NCBI GenBank assembly: GCA_963851325.1
Contig: CAWKOR010000002.1
Location: 167,960 to 231,959 of the forward strand
Length of the DNA: 64,000 nucleotides
Direction of reading: 5' to 3'
DNA from: an uncultured delta proteobacterium
GTDB lineage: Bacteria > Desulfobacterota > Binatia > Binatales > Binataceae
The translations under genes and the position numbers were made by a program. Numbering within the stretch: position 1 is the stretch's first letter; each line of letters opens with the position of its first letter. The notes under the pieces are model-generated. The model ran no database searches, had not been told where the DNA came from, and worked only from the letters and a program-made list of their open reading frames with translations. This document shows, one piece after another, positions 57,184 through 64,000 of the stretch.

Positions 57184-57846
57184 TCAGTTTGAGGCGAGGC
57201 CTAGTCGGGCTAGTTGATTCAAGGTGTTGCCCGGTCCCGCCGTGCGCACAAATTCTATCAGGTCTGCCGGCAAATCAAGATCGAGCCCGGGCCCGCTTTG
57301 ACGGATGACCTCGCATGGCACCGACGCCCGCCGACATTCGTCCAGATGCCTCACCAGACTCATCCGACCGAACATGGTCGGAATCACGTCGGCCGGCGAC
57401 CGCGCAATCATATTGGTTCCGGTAAAGTCGCGCGAGGGCACCAACACCGCGCCTCGTCCGGGCGCAAGTTTGGCGAACACATCATCGATATCATCCGCTG
57501 TCACCAGTGGAATGTCCGACAGGACCGTGCACACCTCGGTCGCACCCGCCCCAGTGAGAACCTCGGTGGCGAGGCCGACTGCGACGTTCAACCCGCGCGG
57601 GTATTCCTCATCGATCGCGACCGCGCCAGCCTCGCGGGCCAATGCCAGCAGACCCGGATCAGAGGTTACTACCGCAACCCCCTGCGCCCGCCGCGAGCCC
57701 GTCGATGCGGCCAGCACATCGCGAAACATCGCCTCGGCCAAGGTCCGGCGTTCCGGCTCCGGCAACGCGGATGCGAGCCGGGTCTTGGCGAAAGCGAGAT
57801 GCTTGGCGGCGATCAAAATAAAGCGCACGCGGTCTTTATACCGCAC
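57184..57846 (-). CDS. cofC: 2-phospho-L-lactate guanylyltransferase (F420 biosynthesis, CofC/FbiD family)
   Basis: N-terminus ..ILIAAKHLAFAKTRLASALPEPERRTLAEAMFRDVL matches the CofC signature (K..AKSRL...L). 220 aa. Confidence 0.7.
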   Translation of the reverse strand: MRYKDRVRFILIAAKHLAFAKTRLASALPEPERRTLAEAMFRDVLAASTGSRRAQGVAVVTSDPGLLALAREAGAVAIDEEYPRGLNVAVGLATEVLTGAGATEVCTVLSDIPLVTADDIDDVFAKLAPGRGAVLVPSRDFTGTNMIARSPADVIPTMFGRMSLVRHLDECRRASVPCEVIRQSGPGLDLDLPADLIEFVRTAGPGNTLNQLARLGLASN

Positions 57847-57984
57847 CCTTGGCAGAGCGCCAACGGCCGACGTCGGCGCGTTGGGGCCGCCTCCTCATTA
57901 TGCTGGCCCTCGCGCCAATCTGTGCTTAAATTGCAGGGGCTCAACGGCGCTTGAACCGAGTCTTCCTTACCTGAGAGGTGCTGA

Positions 57985-58863
57985 ATGATCCGATCCACAT
58001 GGCCGGCCGCCGCCATCCTGACTGCAGCCGCAATCGCCCTGACGTTTTCCGCATGTCATAAGAAATCGGCTGACGACTACGTTTCCGCCGGCGACAGTGC
58101 GACCGAAGCGCAGAAGCTGGACGAGGCCGAGGGCGACTACAAGCAGGCGGTTGACCTTGCACCCAACGACGCGCGTGCGCACGCGGCGCTCGGCAATCTG
58201 TACCTCCTCGAGCATAAAGATTCGGCGGCGCAGGCCGAGTTCATGCGAGTGCTGGAGCTCGATCCGAAAAATGCTCCGGCACACATGGCGCTGGGCAACC
58301 TCTACAATCAACAGGCTCAATATCCGATGGCGGAGGCGCAATATCGTGCGGCCATCGCGATTGATCCGAGCCGCTCCAACTATCACGCGGCCCTGGGTGC
58401 AGTGCTGGGCAAACAGGGGCGGCCCGCCGATGCGCAAACCGAGTTGCGTACGGCGATTGGCTTCGATCCGAAGAATGCAGCGGCGCACTATCAACTTGGG
58501 AATCTTCTCGCCGCGTCGCCGGGTCATGAAGCCGAAGCAAAGGCCGAATACGATCAGGCGCATCAACTCGATCCGAAATTGGTCCCGCCGGAGCCGGCAA
58601 CGCCTCCAACCGTAACCGCTACCGAAGCCCCGACCGGAGGCCCGGTCAGCACGACCAAGGTAAAACCGGTCAAGCCGCCACGGCTTTTCCTTTTAACGCA
58701 CGATTCTCCGGTGTATGCGAATCCGGACCCGACCAGCGGTCAGGTCGGCAAAGTACGCCATCGTAAGTATGTGCGCGTGATCGGCCTCGCCGGAAAGCAG
58801 TGGTTGCAGATAAAACTTAAGGATGGAACGGTGGGATTCATTCCGACCTCGGCGGCCGAATAG
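57985..58863 (+). CDS. TPR-repeat protein with signal peptide and C-terminal SH3-like domain
   Basis: Signal ..AIALTFSAC. Five or more TPR units (A...Y..A..LDP.NA.AH..LGNLY). The C-terminus ..VYANPDPTSGQVGKVRHRKYVRVIG..GKQWLQIKLKDGTVGFI resembles bacterial SH3. Confidence 0.7.
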   Translation: MIRSTWPAAAILTAAAIALTFSACHKKSADDYVSAGDSATEAQKLDEAEGDYKQAVDLAPNDARAHAALGNLYLLEHKDSAAQAEFMRVLELDPKNAPAHMALGNLYNQQAQYPMAEAQYRAAIAIDPSRSNYHAALGAVLGKQGRPADAQTELRTAIGFDPKNAAAHYQLGNLLAASPGHEAEAKAEYDQAHQLDPKLVPPEPATPPTVTATEAPTGGPVSTTKVKPVKPPRLFLLTHDSPVYANPDPTSGQVGKVRHRKYVRVIGLAGKQWLQIKLKDGTVGFIPTSAAE

Positions 58864-58901
58864 TGAACGGGCTCGCCGCATCAACAATTGGAGACTGAAT
58901 C

Positions 58902-59603
58902 ATGGCTGAAATTACTACTCAGGAAGTTAGCTATCCGGGCAAGGCAGGCAATCTGAAAGCCTACGTCGCGCGCCCCTCCGGCGCCAATCCGCGACCCGCG
59001 GTGATCGTCGTCCAGGAATGGTGGGGACTCAATGAGAACATCAAGGACATCGCGCGCCGCTTCGCCAACGAAGGCTACTCTGCGATCGCGCCCGACCTCT
59101 ATTCGCGCCAGGGCAACAAGGTCGCGACTGATCCGAACACCGCGGCGCAACTGATGGGCGGGCTCAAGACCGAGGACGGCATCGAAGACTTGAAGAGCAC
59201 CATCGGCTGGATTCGTGGGCAAAAAGAAACCAGCTCCTCGAAAATCGGCATCACCGGATACTGTATGGGCGGGAGCTACGCGATGCTGCTACCGTGCGAA
59301 TCGAAAGACATCTCGGCGGCAGCGCCCTTCTATGGGGAAATTCCTTCGGACGAGAAGATAAAGAACCTCAGCTGCCCGATTTTCTACGCGTACGGCGCCA
59401 ATGACGGATGGATTCAGCGTCCCGACGTGGAGCGGCTGGCCGCCGATCTCAAGAAGATGGGCAAGCAGGGCGAAGTCAAGATTTACGAAGGCTGCGATCA
59501 CGGCTTCTTCAACGACACGCGCAAGGATGTCTATGCGCCCGCCGCCGCGAAGGACGGATGGCAGCATACGTTGAAGTTGTTCTCGGAAAATCTGAAAGGT
59601 TAA
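58902..59603 (+). CDS. dienelactone hydrolase family protein
   Basis: VIVVQEWWGLNENIKD and nucleophile GYCMGGS. 233 aa. Confidence 0.85.
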   Translation: MAEITTQEVSYPGKAGNLKAYVARPSGANPRPAVIVVQEWWGLNENIKDIARRFANEGYSAIAPDLYSRQGNKVATDPNTAAQLMGGLKTEDGIEDLKSTIGWIRGQKETSSSKIGITGYCMGGSYAMLLPCESKDISAAAPFYGEIPSDEKIKNLSCPIFYAYGANDGWIQRPDVERLAADLKKMGKQGEVKIYEGCDHGFFNDTRKDVYAPAAAKDGWQHTLKLFSENLKG

Positions 59604-59614
59604 AGACGCAGGGT

Positions 59615-60028
59615 CTAAAGCATTAGCACCTTGAGTCCCGGGATTCGCGGAAAACTTCGTGAGTCGAGCGTGGCAACCCGATAGCCGCGAGCGAGTGCGG
59701 TTGCGCCTATCATCAGATCTCGCTCGAGATCTCGCTCGGCGATTTGCGTTCCGGCGCGGACCAGCTGCGCCCATAGTGCGGCATAAACTCGTGCCTCCCG
59801 AAGATCGAAAGGTAACACCGGCAGCATCTCCAACATCGCATCGAGAAACGCTTCTCGACGGATTCGCTGCGCGGTGTTGTGCGCCCGATGAAGGCCGTGG
59901 AGGAGTTCTGCCGCGGTAATTGCCGAGAGAGCGAAGTCTTCGTCCGCGTCGCTTCGGAAAAACTCGTGGATCTCGAGAGCGCCTCTTTCAGCGGCGATTA
60001 AAACGCTGGAATCGATTAACGTCGCCAT
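59615..60028 (-). CDS. vapC: type II toxin-antitoxin toxin, PIN domain (VapC family)
   Basis: MATLIDSSVLI.., ..TAAELLHG.. and ..VATLDSRSF give the PIN acidic residues. Overlaps the upstream antitoxin gene by 13 nt. Confidence 0.85.
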   Translation of the reverse strand: MATLIDSSVLIAAERGALEIHEFFRSDADEDFALSAITAAELLHGLHRAHNTAQRIRREAFLDAMLEMLPVLPFDLREARVYAALWAQLVRAGTQIAERDLERDLMIGATALARGYRVATLDSRSFPRIPGLKVLML

Positions 60029-60285
60029 GGTGACGGCGCGACCGATTTTCGGTTCCTGATGATCTCCTCAACGTCCTTGAAATATTGATCGTCTGGGCGA
60101 GGTGCAGTCCTGATTAATTCAAGAAAGTCCGCCCCGGTAAATCTCTTGGCATTTGCGGCCGGGGTAATCTCACATACGGGACGACCGCTGCGCTCCACGA
60201 CGAAGGTTTCGCCCTTGTAGGCGACGCGATTCAGGATTTCGGAGAACTTCCGGGCGGCCTCGGTCGCCGTCACGTGCGTTTTCAT
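60016..60285 (-). CDS. type II antitoxin, Phd/YefM-like
   Basis: 89 aa. N-terminus VTATEAARKFSEILNRVAYKGETFVVERSGRPV is typical of Phd/YefM antitoxins. Confidence 0.8.
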   Translation of the reverse strand: MKTHVTATEAARKFSEILNRVAYKGETFVVERSGRPVCEITPAANAKRFTGADFLELIRTAPRPDDQYFKDVEEIIRNRKSVAPSPWRR

Positions 60286-60465
60286 TAAATCAGATTATCC
60301 GATTTTCCAAAATTGGGGCTAATTGATCTGGAAAGAATCGTTCTAAGACAACCCCCTTGGACCCTCGCCGGATATACAAGGTTAGTTGCGAGTCTTCGAG
60401 CTACTTAAAAGAACGGGCGGGGTCACTGCCCCGCCCGATGTGATCGCGATACGGACTCTTCTACT

Positions 60466-61119
60466 CTACATAGAAGCTGAGGCCTGCGCGTCCATGGTTT
60501 TGGGGCCCAGGGCAGTCCACGCGGCCTTTTGCCACTTGAGGGTCGACAGCTCATCTTCGGCGAACAACTGCACCATCTCTTTGGTCTGCAAGTCTTCCTT
60601 CAATGATGCCGCGAACTCGAACAGCGGGCGGATGGTCTCCTCGGGATTGGGGAAACGTTCGGCGCCCCGTTTCAATTTCGCGAGGTCGGAAATGCTCGTG
60701 TCGCGCTGATAGGCGAGCTGTTTTTTGAACTCCTCGGTCACGCGCTCCGGCATCGTGCCGCCAAGTTCGGTAAGACGCTGCGCGAACGCCCGACCATGAT
60801 AGGACTCGCGCTCGGCCACCATCTTAAGGCCGCCGCGGATGCAATCGGTAGTGCAGACGTCCAGCCATGCGCGAACCGTGTCACCGCCGTTGGTCTCAGC
60901 CGCGCTGACCGCTTCGAGGAATTTCACCACCGCGGCGCGCTCGGAATCGTAGGCCTTGCCGAAGGCCATGAACTTACCAGCGCCATTTCCGTTGGACGAA
61001 TGAGCGCCGTTCTCCAGATGCTTCATTTCCTGTTCGAAGGTGGATTCATCGATGATGCCGGTGCGAAACGCTCGCAGCAGTTGTTTGAATTCAAAATTCT
61101 TGTTCATAGGATCCTCCAA
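60466..61119 (-). CDS. 217-aa ferritin-like/ExxH domain protein, paralogue of the C-terminal domain of 48177..49040
   Basis: By my manual count, 40 of 69 core residues are identical (FGKAYDSERAA..NGG..VCTTD..MVAERESYHGRAF..LTELGG). It has a different N-terminus (FKQLLRAFRTGIIDESTFEQEMKHL, SHOCT-like). Confidence 0.65.
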   Translation of the reverse strand: MEDPMNKNFEFKQLLRAFRTGIIDESTFEQEMKHLENGAHSSNGNGAGKFMAFGKAYDSERAAVVKFLEAVSAAETNGGDTVRAWLDVCTTDCIRGGLKMVAERESYHGRAFAQRLTELGGTMPERVTEEFKKQLAYQRDTSISDLAKLKRGAERFPNPEETIRPLFEFAASLKEDLQTKEMVQLFAEDELSTLKWQKAAWTALGPKTMDAQASASM

Positions 61120-61268
61120 CTCGCTTGTCGGGGCGACGTAGCGGTGACGTTAGTAACGGTCAGGTTGGATTGTCAAACCGCCGGCCGGCAAGGTCAAGAA
61201 ACCACGCCGCCACGATTGGGAGCAGGGCCAAACATCGAGTATCGGTAGGGATCGGTTAGAGAGGGGGC

Positions 61269-61302
61269 CGGGATGAAGGTGCTGGGTAACACCTTCATCC
61301 CG
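61269..61302 (-). terminator. 13-bp perfect-stem hairpin 75 nt downstream of the CAP-domain gene
   Basis: cgggatgaaggtg-ctgggtaa-caccttcatcccg read directly. No U-tract on either strand. Confidence 0.3.
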
Positions 61303-61376
61303 ACCTTCGCCATGTGGGGGGACACGGCGATCCGCCGCGTGGGGGGACGCAGCGAGCTTGGGAATTCGCGCGATAA

Positions 61377-61967
61377 CTAGTGGGCGAAATCTTCGGTGAT
61401 GTAATTCTCTCCGTTGCGTGAAATGCCCACTGCGATTCCAGTCTTTTCAAATTCAGGCGAGAGCAGGTTGAGCCGATGCCCCTCACTCTGCATCCACATC
61501 ATCACACATTCTTCGGCTACCGCACCTGATACGCCATCACTGGTCTGAAAGATATTTTCGCCAACGCGATCGGTTTCCATTCCCGACGCCGTCACCCGCT
61601 CAAACAGCGCTGGTTCGCCTTGGCCGCGATGCTGAAAGAAGCCTGCTTTCGCCATCGCTATGCTGTGCTGGCGCGCGGCCTTTGCGAGCGCAGGCGATAT
61701 GAAGAGCGGCCTGACGCCGGCACTCTCCCGCTCATGGTTAACCAGGGCGAGGACTCGATCCTCGAGTTCCGGACCGGCACTGTGCGCCTGTCCGAGGACC
61801 TCGATAGTAGCGTCGCGTGAATCGTAGCGGTCATGCATAGGCTTACTCTCCGCGGCAGTCGCGATGGTGCGCGACGCCATGCGATCGTCGGCCAGCCGAT
61901 CGGCCGGTCGCAGACAGGCGCATGCGACGCCCGTGATCGCAAAGATCAGGAATAAGGACCTGTACAT
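61377..61967 (-). CDS. CAP/SCP (PR-1-like, YkwD-type) domain protein, secreted
   Basis: Signal/lipobox-like LFLIFAITGVACAC. CAP motifs ..LAKAARQHSIAMAKAGFFQH.. and GENIF..W..S.GHR.N.L. Confidence 0.75.
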   Translation of the reverse strand: MYRSLFLIFAITGVACACLRPADRLADDRMASRTIATAAESKPMHDRYDSRDATIEVLGQAHSAGPELEDRVLALVNHERESAGVRPLFISPALAKAARQHSIAMAKAGFFQHRGQGEPALFERVTASGMETDRVGENIFQTSDGVSGAVAEECVMMWMQSEGHRLNLLSPEFEKTGIAVGISRNGENYITEDFAH

Positions 61968-62482
61968 TGTATTTACGGTTCACGTCCCTAATCGGAAAAG
62001 CTCCTTACTGCAAGAGTTGAGGGAGCAAGAAGTGTTCCCCATCTTCGGACAAAAAACCCTTCATTATGTAGAGAGAATTTCCTGAATGTATCAGGACTGA
62101 AACCGTGCGCGCCGATTGATGTTGTGCGGCAGGCAACCCGAGTTGCACAGGATTCACCTTGGCTTTCGGCTCCGATGTACTTGTGCGACCGAGCTACACG
62201 ATGGACGATAATGGGACGCGTCGCGAGACATCCGCGTTAGAGTTCTTACATACGGGAAAGTACGTAAATCTTGGTCCAAAGCAAAAAAAGTAACTCGGGT
62301 GTCGAATCCGAAGCGCGACTGGCGCGTCATATCGTGGGGCGATCTGTCAGAAAAATTACTCTGGCCGTATCGAACCTTGACATATGCAATGATGCTGGGC
62401 TTCCTGAAAGCCTGGTTTTCTCAAAAGAACCTGAACTATGCTACTGAATCTCGTCATTGAGGAACTCAAGGGTGGGCAAATC

Positions 62483-63844
62483 GTGAATCGGGCTTTGCGC
62501 ATAGTATGCAGCATTATGGTGGCTTTGTTTCTGCTCGGCGGTATCGCGTCGGCCGATGGCGTCAATGCTACCTCGACGACCTCGAATGCTCTCGGGGTTC
62601 TGATCGATGGAACCAACGTCTCCCTCTTCGTGCCCTATACGACCAATAACTCGCTCAAGATGGGCAACGTCCTCAAGATCATCGAATCTGCGCCTGGCTC
62701 CCCGACGCCTCGGACGATCCGTCTCAAAACTGGATATGCCAATTCCTGTGCGGCGAGCCCCGCGACCGGAATCGCCTTATGTTCCGCGGTGTTTGGAAGC
62801 TCGTATGCCATAAGACCCCCCAACAATGCCGTCACCGGATTCAAAAGCGGGGTCAAAAAGCGCATCCACTTTACTGGCGGATCCTGCGCGAACTGCGGGG
62901 TCGCGATGGACGATGATCTGGGTCTCGCAATCATCGCCACCAGCAAGGGCTATCTGCCCGTGCAGCTCTCACCGCTGAGGCTGCAAACCATCATCTCAAC
63001 CAACGGCGAGGCGATTTCTGGTCAGTTCGGCTACGATCCAATCGATCACATCATCCTGTCGCCCAACTATCAGCTTCTCAACATCCGGCATTTCCAGAGC
63101 GGGCCGCCGCATTATCAGCTAATTGATGTGGCCAACGGTTCGGCATTCGATCTCTCCGACAGCAGCGATTTCTTCAACGCCAAGGGGAACTGCACCACCA
63201 ATACCGGCGGCAGTACGCAGCGCGACGCCCTGCCCGATTCCGGCGCCTATGACACCGTCACCGGGATCGCCTACGGCACCTTTCGCAGCCCCGCGGATTG
63301 CGAGGGCGAGAATGCCGTGGAGGACATCGCATTGTTTGACCTGAGGCAGGCATCATTCGACACCGACGCCGGAACCTGGTCGACTCCAGGCAAGCAAGTA
63401 CAAACGCTCACCGAAATGAGCAAGCTGAGCAACGGAATTACCGGTATCGCGATAGTTCCCGGACAGAGTCTGGCAATTCTTGCGGATCGCCGTGAACATT
63501 CCGGAGGCGGAAGCGGCTTCGGCGCGCTCAGACTCCCAACCACTTCGGGAAGCGGCATCCCTTCCATCCAGGACTGGGTACAGGCCGATATGCCCAACGA
63601 TCCAACCGGGAAACCCTGGAAAATGTCATACATGCCCAATGGCCTGACCGCCTATGCCAGCCCCAATAATGGCCGGGGAATGGGCGTCATCGTGAACCGA
63701 CGCCGTACCTTCGCCGCAGTTGTCGATATCGAGGCTCTTCTCGATGCCTCGCGTCAAGGCGGCACTACGCATACCATAAGCAGCACGGTAGACTTGGTTG
63801 GCGAGGGTATCGTGCGGTTTGTAGATATCCGGCCAGGTAAGTAA
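62483..63844 (+). CDS. hypothetical secreted protein (~453 aa)
   Basis: GTG 62483 (RBS AAGGGTGG) gives the signal peptide VNRALRIVCSIMVALFLLGGIASADG. Track ORF start 62438 is the alternative. No catalytic motif recognised. Confidence 0.55.
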   Translation: MNRALRIVCSIMVALFLLGGIASADGVNATSTTSNALGVLIDGTNVSLFVPYTTNNSLKMGNVLKIIESAPGSPTPRTIRLKTGYANSCAASPATGIALCSAVFGSSYAIRPPNNAVTGFKSGVKKRIHFTGGSCANCGVAMDDDLGLAIIATSKGYLPVQLSPLRLQTIISTNGEAISGQFGYDPIDHIILSPNYQLLNIRHFQSGPPHYQLIDVANGSAFDLSDSSDFFNAKGNCTTNTGGSTQRDALPDSGAYDTVTGIAYGTFRSPADCEGENAVEDIALFDLRQASFDTDAGTWSTPGKQVQTLTEMSKLSNGITGIAIVPGQSLAILADRREHSGGGSGFGALRLPTTSGSGIPSIQDWVQADMPNDPTGKPWKMSYMPNGLTAYASPNNGRGMGVIVNRRRTFAAVVDIEALLDASRQGGTTHTISSTVDLVGEGIVRFVDIRPGK

Positions 63845-63900
63845 GAATCATCAAAACCCCAGTAGGCGTCACCAGGAAACTCCGCACAGCGAGGAGACCG

Positions 63901-64000
63901 ATGGTCGTGAAAACCCTAGCAAAAACATTCATTCGAGCCGCTTCCATAGTCGGCATGACTCTCGTCGCGATTTTGTATTTTGGTGTTGCGGGTGCTTGTG
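63901..64000 (+). CDS. 5' fragment of a gene encoding a signal-peptide (possible lipo)protein; runs off window
   Basis: ATG 63901 preceded by GAGGAG. Translation MVVKTLAKTFIRAASIVGMTLVAILYFGVAGAC. Confidence 0.4.
   Translation, partial: MVVKTLAKTFIRAASIVGMTLVAILYFGVAGAC

Noticed and set aside
62305-62325. tRNA T-arm-like string gggtgtcgaatccgaag
   Set aside because: The flanks do not form T-stem pairing, and no acceptor or anticodon arms could be folded. I found no convincing tRNA anywhere in the window.
1-64000. Search for mobile elements (transposase, integrase, recombinase, phage genes)
   Set aside because: No DDE, tyrosine-recombinase or serine-recombinase motifs or phage structural genes were recognised in any frame. 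The VapBC pair is the only classic mobile-associated module.

Overview
High-GC, densely coding chromosomal segment from a diderm (Gram-negative-type) bacterium, probably an uncultivated environmental lineage. I count about 63 protein-coding genes across both strands. I found no rRNA, tRNA, CRISPR array, transposase or integrase. Recognisable blocks: pgsA, nadB, and an arn-type lipid A aminoarabinose locus with ArnA split into two genes (10.5-17.4 kb). Also purE, a solitary murF, a K+ channel, an ABC-F ATPase, an ECF sigma/anti-sigma pair and a rhodanese. There is an epoxide hydrolase / acyl-CoA dehydrogenase / SDR / GST group, an mlaE-F-D-C-A operon preceded by cofC, and a VapBC pair. Most unusual content: (1) At the window centre, a 1282-aa single polypeptide fuses a degenerate Mrr-like endonuclease core, a long TPR-like array, a GreA/GreB C-terminal-like domain and a PIN-like nuclease. 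It may be co-transcribed with an alpha/beta-hydrolase and a 113-aa unknown. This is my best candidate for an undescribed conflict/defence-type module. (2) At 47.6-49.9 kb, a CxxC...CxxC zinc-ribbon-like domain occurs three times, once fused to a ferritin-like ExxH domain, next to a Cys-rich secreted protein. A second ferritin-like paralogue lies at 60.5 kb. (3) A perfect 86-bp tandem repeat (about 2.8 copies) sits in a divergent promoter region at 42.2 kb. (4) An HExxH protein lies beside a PaaK/F390-synthetase-like adenylating enzyme at the left edge, with a second ligase paralogue at 51.8 kb. (5) A lipase / purple-acid-phosphatase-like / unknown trio lies at 4.2-7.8 kb. All domain calls are by-eye motif recognition and need profile or structure searches. 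Many long antisense ORFs in the track are high-GC shadow ORFs and were rejected.
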